A stretch of 64,000 bases of DNA from Clostridia bacterium (GCA_017435905.1 JAFSEB010000032.1:16640-80639); one strand, 5' to 3'. Counted from the stretch's first letter, positions 1-9,045 are shown. Notes: generated by a model from the letters alone, not told the origin. Program-made: numbers and translations.

Positions 1-16
1 CTAATTGCTCATAGCA

Positions 17-72
17 CTCGAAATCAGTTTGCCTTCACGGGCACGTGGGTTCGAATCCCACCCTCTGCGCCA
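17..72 (+). tRNA. 3' fragment of a class II tRNA, Ser(CGA)-like, running from the anticodon loop to CCA. The 5' half is absent, so it is probably a pseudo-tRNA or att-site remnant.
   Basis: T arm GTGGG-TTCGAAT-CCCAC (45-61). Acceptor 3' strand CCTCTGC plus discriminator G plus CCA (62-72). Long variable arm TGCC..GGCA (30-43). CTCGAAA anticodon-type loop (17-23). Nt 1-16 cannot pair with 24-28 to close an anticodon stem and do not resemble a D arm. Confidence 0.45.
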
Positions 73-78
73 ATAAAA

Positions 79-112
79 GAAGCACTCCTTTTTTAGGGGT
101 GCTTCTTTTATT
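79..112 (+). terminator. Rho-independent terminator after the tRNA fragment
   Basis: Stem GAAGCACTCC (79-88) pairs with GGGGTGCTTC (96-105), with one G-U pair, and is followed by TTTTATTG. Confidence 0.6.
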
Positions 113-241
113 GTTTCACAGATGGGATTCGAAGGGCGGAAACGAAAAGGCTGCGGTGCTGCCTTTTCCCGCCCCGGGTTTTGCGGCACAGGCCGCCGCA
201 CGCCGTGCGGAGCACAAGTAAGGCGCTGCCAATGCGCAAAA

Positions 242-309
242 CGAATCCCACCCTCTGCCTTTTTTATTCACTTTGGTTGGGATTCGAAGGGCGGAAATGA
301 AAAGGCTGC
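242..309 (+). repeat. Second degenerate copy of the unit made of the tRNA 3' end plus its downstream flank
   Basis: 242-258 (CGAATCCCACCCTCTGC) is identical to 52-68 of the tRNA fragment. 278-309 (TGGGATTCGAAGGGCGGAAATGAAAAGGCTGC) matches 123-154 with one mismatch. Confidence 0.6.
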
Positions 310-472
310 TCGCCGCCGCAAACCGTGCATCCTTCGCAGTAACGCAAAGCGTTCCTTCTCTATCGCTTTACTGCTTCTCCCCTCCCACCTTGCTTTTTTA
401 TTGAACGCCGTGTACTGTTTCCTCACAAATCGGGCATACTACCAATAAAAACTGCAGGAGGAACAAACGATC

Positions 473-907
473 ATGGTAGAACAGGATACGGTCAAGCTGC
501 TGCGTGAATGCGATGCAGGCGTGAAAATGGGTGTTTCATCCATCGATGATGTGCTCGACTATGTGCATGCCGCTCCCCTGAAGGAGCGTCTTTCACGCTG
601 CAAGAGGGAGCACGAAGAACTGGCGGAGCAGATCGAAACGCTGCTTGAGCGCTATCACGATGATGGCAAGGATCCGAATCCTATGGCAAAAAGCATGTCT
701 TGGGTCAAAACGAATGTGAAACTTGCCGTCAACGAATCCGATGCCACCATTGCGGACCTGATGACGGATGGCTGCAACATGGGCGTGAAATCCTTGAACA
801 AGTATCTGAATCAATACGAAGCGGCGGATGAACGGACAAAGGACATCGCAAAGCGCCTTATCAACCTTGAAGAAAAGCTCGCGGTGGATATCCGTGCTTA
901 TCTTTGA
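473..907 (+). CDS. Hypothetical protein of 144 aa. It looks all-helical (four-helix-bundle-like), but I do not confidently recognise the family.
   Basis: AGGAGG lies 8 nt upstream of the ATG. The ORF is followed by a strong hairpin terminator. The translation is charged and helix-like. Confidence 0.7.
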   Translation: MVEQDTVKLLRECDAGVKMGVSSIDDVLDYVHAAPLKERLSRCKREHEELAEQIETLLERYHDDGKDPNPMAKSMSWVKTNVKLAVNESDATIADLMTDGCNMGVKSLNKYLNQYEAADERTKDIAKRLINLEEKLAVDIRAYL

Positions 908-914
908 TTGCAGC

Positions 915-946
915 AAAGAAGCACCCTTGAAAGGGTGCTTCTTTTG
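915..946. terminator. Bidirectional hairpin between convergent genes
   Basis: AGAAGCACCC..GGGTGCTTCT stem, followed by TTTT on the plus strand. Confidence 0.6.
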
Positions 947-959
947 ATCTGTATTCGTT

Positions 960-2258
960 TTATCTGCCCTGCTTTGCACGGGGATCCGCCAGCTTTGTCT
1001 GACGGCGGTTTTTAACGGTATCGGACATGGGCCTGATATCGCCTGCCTTGGTAAGCGCCATTTTCGTCAGCATCGGGCCAACAAGCTCATAGATCAGCAC
1101 GGAGAACAGGATGATGTTGCGGATCATATCGCCCTCTGCTCCAAGCTGTTTGGCAGTCAGGCACATACCAAGGGCAACGCCTGCCTGCGGCAGCAGCGTG
1201 ATGCCAAGGTATTTGCAAACCTGGGGAGGACACTTTGTCCACTTGGTGCTCCAGAAGGCACCAAGGATCTTGCCAAGGGAGCGGAACAGGATGTATACGC
1301 AGCCAATGATAATAATGGCCGCATCCGCAAATACACTCAGTTCAAGCTCCGCACCGCTGATGACGAAAAACACGGCGAAAAGCGGAGAAGTCCAGTTGTC
1401 TGCCGCATCCATCAGGTCGTAAGAAAGCGGACAGAGGTTGCAGAACACGGTACCGAGCATCATGCACACCAGCAGCGAGGAAAAGCTGACATGGATGGCG
1501 CCGATGTGGAAATCCACCATGGCAATGGAAGCCGTCAGAAACACGAAGGCAATGGTCATATTCCTGCGGTTGGTGTTGGAATGGAACAGCGTTTCGAGCT
1601 TCGTGAGCACCGCACCGAGCAGTGCGCCAAGCCCAAGGGAGCAGATAATCTCCACCAGCGGATTCACAAGGATGGAAACAAAATCCGCCGCACCTTCGTT
1701 AAGAGTACGGGCAATGCCGAAGGAAACGGCAAATACGATAAGGCCCACCGCATCATCGAGGGCAACGACGGGAAGAAGCAGGTTCGTCAGCGGGCCCTTT
1801 GCCTTATACTGCCTGACGACCATCAGCGTTGCGGCAGGTGCGGTCGCCGTGGCGATGGCCCCGAGGGTGATCGCCTGCGCTGCACTGAGCTTGTCCGGGA
1901 TCAAAAGGTGCAACCCAAGAAGCGCAAGATCCACAAACAGCGTTGCCGCCAGCGCCTGTACCACGCCCACAACAAAAGCCTGCTTGCCGGTGTGTTTCAG
2001 GTCATCAAGGCGGAACTCATTGCCGATGGCAAAGGCAATAAAACCAAGGGCGATCTCCGAGATCAGGGAAAGCCCCTGCACAGCCTCCATGGTGTTGAAG
2101 CCAAGGCCGGGAACGCCCAGCCTGCCAAGACAGTAAGGGCCGATCAATACGCCTGCGATGAGATATGCGGTGACATCGGGCAGCTTAAGCGGCTTGAGTA
2201 CACGGGTCATCATCAAGCCCGCAAGCAGCGCGATGGAAACAGATAAAAGAGTTGCCAT
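960..2258 (-). CDS. Cation:proton antiporter (CPA2/Kef-type Na+/H+ exchanger family)
   Basis: 432-aa polytopic membrane protein with the N-terminal pattern LP.V..YL..G.L.GP typical of sodium/hydrogen exchanger family proteins. An RBS-like AAAGGAAAA lies upstream. Confidence 0.85.
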   Translation of the reverse strand: MATLLSVSIALLAGLMMTRVLKPLKLPDVTAYLIAGVLIGPYCLGRLGVPGLGFNTMEAVQGLSLISEIALGFIAFAIGNEFRLDDLKHTGKQAFVVGVVQALAATLFVDLALLGLHLLIPDKLSAAQAITLGAIATATAPAATLMVVRQYKAKGPLTNLLLPVVALDDAVGLIVFAVSFGIARTLNEGAADFVSILVNPLVEIICSLGLGALLGAVLTKLETLFHSNTNRRNMTIAFVFLTASIAMVDFHIGAIHVSFSSLLVCMMLGTVFCNLCPLSYDLMDAADNWTSPLFAVFFVISGAELELSVFADAAIIIIGCVYILFRSLGKILGAFWSTKWTKCPPQVCKYLGITLLPQAGVALGMCLTAKQLGAEGDMIRNIILFSVLIYELVGPMLTKMALTKAGDIRPMSDTVKNRRQTKLADPRAKQGR

Positions 2259-2600
2259 AGCATTTTTCCTTTCAAAAAAACATCCGACATAGTATACTAC
2301 TTCAATTTTTCTTTTTCAAATGCAAAATTCGCCCCATTTTCCTCCTTTTTTGCTGTTTTTACTTTTTCCAAAGTCCAAAAATCGAAAAAACATCGAGAAT
2401 CTCAATGTTTTTACATTTATCCACAAGCACGTCTCATATTCAACAGACTATCATTATATTTTTCGATGATATTTTTCGTGTTTTACGCGCTAAAAAAAGT
2501 GCTGCACAGCACGGACAATGTCCCTGTTTTACGGGCTTTTTTCCTTTTTTAATGTATGAAATGACAATGCCTGCTTCCATTTTCTTCTTGTTTTCGCCGC

Positions 2601-2648
2601 AAAAAAACAGCCGCCCGTGGGGAGGCTCCACTCCCCATCGGGCAGCTG
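2601..2648 (-). terminator. Rho-independent terminator of the NhaC gene and the operon
   Basis: On the minus strand: CAGCTGCCCGATGGGG..CCCCACGGGCGGCTG followed by U7 (plus-strand A-run 2601-2607). Confidence 0.7.
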
Positions 2649-2665
2649 CGATCAGTTCGCTTCAT

Positions 2666-3994
2666 TTATTGCTGTGCAGCGGTTTTTCCCGGAAACCACC
2701 TTTTCTTCATGATCCCGTACCAAATGATCGTGAGGTAGGTAAACGCCACAAAGGGCATCACGGCGGTGCCGACGCCAAGCATCGCAAAGGGTACAGAGCA
2801 GGATACTGCCCAGGGTACGAGACAGCTGACCATCAGCACGCCGTTTTGAAGATCAAGAGCGATCTCCGTATCCGTTGCACCACGTTTTTTATAAACATCA
2901 TACCAAAGGGTATAATTGAGCGCCTGCGAGATCGTTACATTGCAGAACACAGCGCTGAGGATCCAGCCCATTGCCGTCATACCCCAGAAGGGGGAAATGC
3001 GCCGGGCGATCTTTTCAAGGTGGGGCTTCACGGAATCCAGCATACCGGTCTGCCGAATGACACCTGCAAAGGAGCAGGATACAAGGATGATCAGGCACAT
3101 ATTCAACATGGATACGATGCCGCCGCCTGCCATCAGCGTATTCACCGCCGCATCCTGAGAGGAATACCCCATCACAGCGCATTTGAGCAGCGCAGGCAGG
3201 GGCATTTTTTCCGCCGCGAGCGCCATCACCGCCGCCGCAAGGGAGCTTGCCATGACAGCATAGCGCACCTTGACCTTGAAAAGCGGCAGGAGCAGCAATA
3301 TCGCCGCCGGGATCAGCGCAAGGATATGCAGGGAAAAGCCGTTTTCAAGGGCGGAGGTGATGCTGCCATCCACCTCGGGAAGCGGATGGAAGAAGGAAAG
3401 CCCAAAGTACAGCGCACCGCAAATAAGCAGCGGCACAGCGGCCGTTTTCCACATCAGCTTTACGTTTTGGTAGAGGTCCGTTTTCGTAAGCCCCGTCACG
3501 AAGTTGATGCAAGGCGCAATGGGCGCCGTTCTGTCGCCAAAGTAGGCGCCGGAAATGATGGCACCGGCGACCACCAGTTCATTGACGCCGCCTGCCCGTG
3601 CAAGCATCATAAATACCGCACCGAGGGTGCCGGCGGTACCGAAGCAGGAGCCCATGAGGTACGCCATCACGCCTGCGCTCAGGAAGGCGATAAACACGAA
3701 AAACTGCGGCGAAACCAGCTTCACAACGCCCGTTACAAGCAGCGCCATGGTGCCGCCTGCACGCCAAACGCCCGTCAGTATGCCGATGAGAAGCAGGATC
3801 TCCACCACGGCAAAGGATTGCTTTGCGCCGCCCCACACCATTTTGAGAACGTCTTTGGGAGCAAAGCCACGCTTCAGGCTCACAAGCACATACAGCACAA
3901 GGCCGAGAAGAAATGCCGGCACGATGGAAATGCCTGCGATCAGGCTTGCCACCACCGCAGCGATCAGTATTGCCGATGCGATCAGAACATCCAT
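2666..3994 (-). CDS. nhaC: NhaC-family Na+/H+ antiporter-type membrane transporter
   Basis: 442-aa polytopic protein. The N-terminal half (..WGG..QS..V..IL.LIG.L.G.W...G..) reads like the NhaC family. Confidence 0.75.
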   Translation of the reverse strand: MDVLIASAILIAAVVASLIAGISIVPAFLLGLVLYVLVSLKRGFAPKDVLKMVWGGAKQSFAVVEILLLIGILTGVWRAGGTMALLVTGVVKLVSPQFFVFIAFLSAGVMAYLMGSCFGTAGTLGAVFMMLARAGGVNELVVAGAIISGAYFGDRTAPIAPCINFVTGLTKTDLYQNVKLMWKTAAVPLLICGALYFGLSFFHPLPEVDGSITSALENGFSLHILALIPAAILLLLPLFKVKVRYAVMASSLAAAVMALAAEKMPLPALLKCAVMGYSSQDAAVNTLMAGGGIVSMLNMCLIILVSCSFAGVIRQTGMLDSVKPHLEKIARRISPFWGMTAMGWILSAVFCNVTISQALNYTLWYDVYKKRGATDTEIALDLQNGVLMVSCLVPWAVSCSVPFAMLGVGTAVMPFVAFTYLTIIWYGIMKKRWFPGKTAAQQ

Positions 3995-4046
3995 ATTTTA
4001 TCGTTCCCCTATCGTGATATCCCCCATAGTGTACAGGAGAAAGGGC

Positions 4047-5267
4047 TTACTTTGCAAGGCGTTTGAGCGTATTTGCCAGCACCTTGGCGCCCTTTTCGAT
4101 GGCCTCTTCCGATGCAAACTCCTTCGGGTTATGGCTGCCGAAGGTGCTCGGGATGAAGATCATGCCGGTGGGGCAAACGGTCGCCATGTTCATGGCATCG
4201 TGCCCGGCGCCGGAAGGCATCCTCTTCGTGGAGAAGCCGAGCGCCCCGGCTTCCGTTTCGATCACGGACTGGATTTCTTCATCAAGATCCGTGGCAGGGG
4301 CTTCGCTGAGCATATGGAATTCCATGGAAATGCCCGGGAAGGGCGGATTATCCGCACTTTCCCGCACAAAATCGTGCATGCGCTTCACACGGGTCATATC
4401 CGTGCTGCGAAAATCCACGGTGAAGGCGACCTCTCCGGGTACCACGTTGGCGCTGCCGGGGTAAACATCCATTTTACCCACGGTGGCGGTGGTATTGCCA
4501 AGCGCCTCCGCCAAAGCGTAGAAGCGTTCCATAAACACAGCCGCACCGCGCAGCGCATCCACACGGGCATCCATGGGGGTAGTGCCTGCGTGATCCGCAC
4601 GGCCTTTGACCGTTACATGACCGTAGTTCATGGAGTTGATACAGGTGACGATGCCGATCTCCGTCCCCTCGTTTTCAAGCACGGGCCCCTGCTCGATGTG
4701 AAGTTCCACAAAGGCATGAAGGTCGCCCTTCCCGATGGCGTGGGAAGGAATGGCATCGGGATCGTGCCCCGCCGCCTTCATAGCATCGTAAGCGCAGATG
4801 CCGCCGTTATCCTTTGCGCTGAGCATGGCTTCCTTCGTAAGGTTGCCGATCAGCCCTTCGCTGCCAAGAAGACCGTGGTGGAAGCGTGACCCCTCCTCCT
4901 CCACAAAGGCGATGACCTCGATGGGGCGCTCCGGCACAAAGCCCTCCTCCTTGAAGGAATGAGCCGCTTCGATGGCGGTGACAACGCCTGCAACGCCGTC
5001 ATAGGCGCCGCCCGACAGCACGGTATCGTAATGGGAACCGGTCATCACAGGGGCAAGGGAATCATCCCTGCCCGCCATGCGGCCGATGATATTGCCGGTG
5101 GGGTGCTCACGCACCGTAAGGCCTGCCTCCTGCATGCGGTTTTTGATGTATTCCCGTGCAAGAGCTTCTTCTTTTGTATAGCTCAAACGGGTCACGCCGC
5201 TGCCGGGGGTAGCGGTAAAGGTGCGAAGGATCTCGATATCCCGGCTGAGACGTTCACGGCTGATCAT
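4047..5267 (-). CDS. M20-family amidase of the carbamoylase, allantoate amidohydrolase or beta-ureidopropionase type
   Basis: 406 aa. It carries ..GSGVTRLSYT.., GSHYDTV..GG.YDG..GV and other hallmarks of N-carbamoyl-L-amino-acid hydrolase type enzymes. Its start overlaps the upstream stop (ATGA). Confidence 0.85.
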   Translation of the reverse strand: MISRERLSRDIEILRTFTATPGSGVTRLSYTKEEALAREYIKNRMQEAGLTVREHPTGNIIGRMAGRDDSLAPVMTGSHYDTVLSGGAYDGVAGVVTAIEAAHSFKEEGFVPERPIEVIAFVEEEGSRFHHGLLGSEGLIGNLTKEAMLSAKDNGGICAYDAMKAAGHDPDAIPSHAIGKGDLHAFVELHIEQGPVLENEGTEIGIVTCINSMNYGHVTVKGRADHAGTTPMDARVDALRGAAVFMERFYALAEALGNTTATVGKMDVYPGSANVVPGEVAFTVDFRSTDMTRVKRMHDFVRESADNPPFPGISMEFHMLSEAPATDLDEEIQSVIETEAGALGFSTKRMPSGAGHDAMNMATVCPTGMIFIPSTFGSHNPKEFASEEAIEKGAKVLANTLKRLAK

Positions 5268-6439
5268 GCGTTCACCTTATTCACAACGAGCTTGCCGCCC
5301 TTGAAGACCTTCTTGACGGATGCCATGGCACGGATATCCGCAAGGGGATCACCTTCCACGGCGATGAAGTCCGCCCACTTGCCGTTTTCGATGGTGCCGA
5401 CTTCGTCTTCCATCATGAGCAGCTTTGCGGCGTTGCCGGTGACGGCCTTGATGGCTTCCATATTGGTGGCGCCGAAGCGGACGGCACATTCCATTTCAAA
5501 GGCGATAAGGCCGTGCATGCTGTCGGTACCGAGACCGTAGTTCATGCCTGCCTTGAAGATCTTGCCGAAGGTCTCGGCGGTCTTTTCACGGCCCTTCAAA
5601 ACCTTCGCCTTGATGGCAGGGTTGGAGAAGTCGGTCTGCTCGATGCCGGTGGGATGGAAGGTGATGGAGAAGGTGCCGACCACCCACATATCCTTTTCCA
5701 CCGCCCGGGCGATCTGCTCATCGGTCATCAGGGCGCCGTGCTCGATGCTCCTGACGCCTTCTTCAATGCACATATCCACGCCGGGGCCGCCGTGGGCATG
5801 GGCCGCCACATAAGTGCGCATGCGGTTTGCTTCCTCCACCGCCGCACGGACTTCCTCACGGGAGAAGCCGCAGAAATCCACGGGCGGACGGGTGGAGCTC
5901 ATGCCGCCGGTCATGAACATTTTGACGAAATCCGTACCTGCGGCGAAGTTGCTGCGGATGTTCTTCCTGACCTCCACTTCCCCATCGGATGTGGTGATGC
6001 CGACGCCGTGGCCGTTGCTGGCAACGATGCCGTGACCGGAGATATTGAGACGGGGACCCACGATGAGACCCTCTTCGATGCCCCGGCGGATATCCACATC
6101 GATATGGTGCTCTTCGCCCATGATACGCATGGTGGTAACGCCGCTTTCAAGCTCTTTCTGAATGTTGGGCAGGCTGCGAAGCACGTTGCGGCCTGCAGGC
6201 AGACGCATCTGCGCCAGCTGATTGCCTTCGGCAGGGACGATGGAAAGGTGGGTATGGCAGTCGATGAGACCGGGCATGACGGTATACTCGGAAAGGTCGA
6301 TGACCTCTGCGCCGTCGGTGGAAAGCTCCTTGCCGACCGCCACGATCTTCTCATCCTCCACACGGAACATGCCGCCCAGGATGGGCTCGCTGCCTGTGCC
6401 GTCGATCAATGCTTTGGTTTTCACTACGTATGCGCTCAT
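5264..6439 (-). CDS. Metal-dependent amidohydrolase (imidazolonepropionase-like, COG1228-type)
   Basis: 391 aa with an HxH metal motif in PGLIDCHTHL. The overall pattern is that of the amidohydrolase superfamily. Confidence 0.85.
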   Translation of the reverse strand: MSAYVVKTKALIDGTGSEPILGGMFRVEDEKIVAVGKELSTDGAEVIDLSEYTVMPGLIDCHTHLSIVPAEGNQLAQMRLPAGRNVLRSLPNIQKELESGVTTMRIMGEEHHIDVDIRRGIEEGLIVGPRLNISGHGIVASNGHGVGITTSDGEVEVRKNIRSNFAAGTDFVKMFMTGGMSSTRPPVDFCGFSREEVRAAVEEANRMRTYVAAHAHGGPGVDMCIEEGVRSIEHGALMTDEQIARAVEKDMWVVGTFSITFHPTGIEQTDFSNPAIKAKVLKGREKTAETFGKIFKAGMNYGLGTDSMHGLIAFEMECAVRFGATNMEAIKAVTGNAAKLLMMEDEVGTIENGKWADFIAVEGDPLADIRAMASVKKVFKGGKLVVNKVNA

Positions 6440-6441
6440 AA

Positions 6442-7152
6442 TTATGCCTCGTTTTCCTTCGTTTCGGTGTTTTCGGTGGTGTTCTCCGCCGCCTGCTGCG
6501 GTGCGTTGTTGTGTTCGTTCAGGGTGTAGGACTCCCCGTGTGCAGGGGAATACATTTTCTTATCGATCTTGTTATTCTCCATGTTCTTATCCATGAAGGT
6601 GAGATCACGGAATTTGATATCGAGCATGTAGTTGCGGTTCTGGATCTCCGCATCGATCACACGGAAAAAGCGCTTGTCGCCCTTTTGGCACAGGCAGGCA
6701 TAGTGGGGCTTGTAGATCACGTACATCTCTTTGAAATCGATGGCGGGAATGGAGCGGTACATCTTCTGTCCCTGCTTTGCCATATGCCTTGCAATGCGGA
6801 TCTCCGCATCGGCCTGATCGAACCTGCAGACCACGATCTGGTCAAGGGGCACTTCCTCATAGCCCATGGCAGGGCGTCCCTTCATGTTCTGCACGGTGCC
6901 AAAGCCGCCTTCCATGGCAGCCACCGCCGCCGCATGGCGCTCGCTGATCCTGCCGCCCGCACGCTTGAACTTCATCACGGCGCCGCCGATGTAGTAGGGA
7001 TAATAAAACTTCTTGGCTTTAAGGACTTCCGTCTTTTTCTCCTTGTGTCCAAGCTTGTTGATCAGATCGCCGATAAGGCCGTTGTTGTCCTTGCCCGCAA
7101 GTTCAATGGCCTGTTCGATGGTCATACGGGTGGTGGTGGTACGAATAAGCAT
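6442..7152 (-). CDS. Hypothetical protein of 236 aa; no family recognised
   Basis: AAAGGAG RBS lies 9 nt upstream of the ATG. The stop sits 2 nt before the amidohydrolase start. The C-terminal tail is N/E/T-rich and low-complexity. Confidence 0.65.
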   Translation of the reverse strand: MLIRTTTTRMTIEQAIELAGKDNNGLIGDLINKLGHKEKKTEVLKAKKFYYPYYIGGAVMKFKRAGGRISERHAAAVAAMEGGFGTVQNMKGRPAMGYEEVPLDQIVVCRFDQADAEIRIARHMAKQGQKMYRSIPAIDFKEMYVIYKPHYACLCQKGDKRFFRVIDAEIQNRNYMLDIKFRDLTFMDKNMENNKIDKKMYSPAHGESYTLNEHNNAPQQAAENTTENTETKENEA

Positions 7153-7192
7153 ATTCTGCTCGCTCCTTTCCGGGGTGGATTCGGGTCATAAA

Positions 7193-7271
7193 CATGATAC
7201 CATCCGCATACAAAAGCGAATAATCCTTTGTAAACGGATGGTATCATGGGCGCAAAGGCGCCCATGATACC
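7193..7271 (-). other. Intergenic RNA element in which three copies of CATGATACC form two mutually exclusive 14-bp hairpins
   Basis: 7240-7253 pairs perfectly with 7258-7271 around a 4-nt loop. Alternatively, 7235-7248 pairs perfectly with 7193-7206. The two helices share 7240-7248. Confidence 0.6.
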
Positions 7272-7302
7272 GTTTTGAAGCACTTTAAGGTTGTTTTGAA
7301 TA

Positions 7303-8769
7303 TCAGTCTTCGTTGAAGAAGAGCTCGAGGGTCTTCTCGTCGTCCTTGGGGGTAGCCTTGGAAACAACGATGCAGACGATGAGGGATACGATCGCACCGA
7401 TAACGGCGGGCCAGATGCCGCCGATCCACTGGCTGAGGGAACCGTACAGCACATAACCGAGCACGTACCAAACGATGGACATCACGGTACCGCTGATCAT
7501 ACCGGCCATGCCGCCGGCCTTGGTTGCGCCGGGCCACCAGAGACCGAGGAGAAGCGGGAAGGTGAAGGTAGCAGCCATGACGCTGAAACCGGTGGTGAGG
7601 ATCCAGAGGATAGCATCCGGGGGATCCATGGCAATAAGGAAGCCGAGAACGGCGATCACAGCGATGGTGATACGGCCGATGTTCAGGGTGGACTTCGCAG
7701 TGGGATCCTTGCCGAAGCGCTTGACCGCGATGTCATTGACAACGAGGGAGCTGGTCATCAGGAGCACGGAGTCAACGGTGGACATCATGGCGCCGAGAGC
7801 GGCGGCGAGGATGACACCGCCGATGATCGGGGGCAGATATTCGCCGATCATCATGGGGAGAGTCATGTCGGTGGAAGCAACTTCCGGGATCATGGTGATG
7901 GAAGCGAAACCGAGGATGCTGACGCCGAGGAAGATGATGCTCTCGAAGATGATGGAGTAAACAAGAGCGTTCTTCATGGTCTTGTCGTCAGAAGTGGTCA
8001 GGAAGCGGGTAGTGGCCGCAGGCTGACCGCCGATCTGGAAGAAGCCCCATACGATGAAGCCGGAGATGACCCACATGAGCGGCTGGCCGCTGGTGAGGGA
8101 GGCGCCGGCGGGGTTGAGGGCTGTGAAGGACTCGTTCATCGCGGTGAAGCCGCCGCAGGCGTTAAGAGCGACGGGAACCATGATGAAGACACCAAGCATC
8201 ATGATGACACCCTGGATCAGGTCGGTCCAGGCAACGGCGAACATACCGCCGAGGATGGTGTAAACAAGCACGATGCCGCCGAAGAGCAGGATGGCGCTGA
8301 TGTAGGGGATGCCGAGAAGAACTTCAAAGGCACCGCCCGCAGCCTTCAGCTGACCGGCGATGGTGGGGATGGAGCAGATGAGCATGACGATGGTGGCGTA
8401 GAGGCCGGCGGTCTTGCCGTAACGGGCTTCAAACACGTCGCCGAGGGTCACGCTGGAAAGACGGGCGCCGATCTTGCGCATACGGTCGCCGAGGAGGATG
8501 TAGCAGAACCAGGGCGCTGCAGCGGAAGAAAGAGCACCGGGCACGAAGGGATAACCCACGGTACGGAGGGTACCGACGGTGCCAAGGTAGGTAGAACCGC
8601 TCATCTGGGTAGCAGAGAACGAGAAACCGATAACGGGTGCATTCAGCTGGTCACGGGCGATGAAGTAATCGCTCTCGCTCTTGACCCTACGGCCAACGAG
8701 CACGCCGATTGCCAGCATTGCAACGAAGTACACCGCAATCACGATAATATACGTTACAACAGAGGACAT
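7303..8769 (-). CDS. Sodium:solute symporter (SSS family) permease
   Basis: 488-aa polytopic protein. Its N-terminus (..GR..KS..DYF.A...L....G.S..A...S....LG..G) is typical of the SSF family. Confidence 0.88.
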   Translation of the reverse strand: MSSVVTYIIVIAVYFVAMLAIGVLVGRRVKSESDYFIARDQLNAPVIGFSFSATQMSGSTYLGTVGTLRTVGYPFVPGALSSAAAPWFCYILLGDRMRKIGARLSSVTLGDVFEARYGKTAGLYATIVMLICSIPTIAGQLKAAGGAFEVLLGIPYISAILLFGGIVLVYTILGGMFAVAWTDLIQGVIMMLGVFIMVPVALNACGGFTAMNESFTALNPAGASLTSGQPLMWVISGFIVWGFFQIGGQPAATTRFLTTSDDKTMKNALVYSIIFESIIFLGVSILGFASITMIPEVASTDMTLPMMIGEYLPPIIGGVILAAALGAMMSTVDSVLLMTSSLVVNDIAVKRFGKDPTAKSTLNIGRITIAVIAVLGFLIAMDPPDAILWILTTGFSVMAATFTFPLLLGLWWPGATKAGGMAGMISGTVMSIVWYVLGYVLYGSLSQWIGGIWPAVIGAIVSLIVCIVVSKATPKDDEKTLELFFNED

Positions 8770-8815
8770 TGATTTGAATTCCTTTCTTTAATTTGGCAAC
8801 ACTGTGCCGTTTTTC

Positions 8816-9010
8816 TTATTTGTTGGTCTTTGCGTAGTAAATGCTGGCCGCAATGATAAAGATGTAGCCGAGATAACCTACGATGAAGGTAGGCAGATCA
8901 AGGCCGAAGACGTTCTGGGGGAGACCCTTAATCATCATGAGGATGGAACCGACCACCGTGAACGCGATCATGAGGATCAATGATACCTTAGGCAGTTTGG
9001 GCGCTTTCAT
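8816..9010 (-). CDS. Small two-TM membrane protein, positioned like the accessory subunit seen upstream of some SSS permeases
   Basis: 64 aa with two hydrophobic helices. AAAGGAGAAAAAG RBS. It lies 46 nt upstream of the SSS gene. Confidence 0.6.
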   Translation of the reverse strand: MKAPKLPKVSLILMIAFTVVGSILMMIKGLPQNVFGLDLPTFIVGYLGYIFIIAASIYYAKTNK

Positions 9011-9045
9011 GACTTTTTCTCCTTTCTTTGCTTATTTTTATAAAT

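Noticed and set aside
1-72. The possibility that the tRNA-like 3' end belongs to tmRNA (ssrA).
   Set aside because: tmRNA ends in an alanine-type acceptor with discriminator A (..ACCA). Here the discriminator is G and a long class II variable arm is present, which fits tRNA-Ser.
122-448. 108-aa plus-strand ORF in the leftmost intergenic region.
   Set aside because: It spans the tRNA-fragment repeats. Its translation is Arg/Cys/Gly/Ala-rich, and it has no RBS.
2405-4066. 553-aa plus-strand ORF across the NhaC gene and its upstream region.
   Set aside because: It is antisense to a well-formed polytopic transporter. Its translation is His/Arg/Gly-rich nonsense, and it begins in AT-rich promoter DNA.
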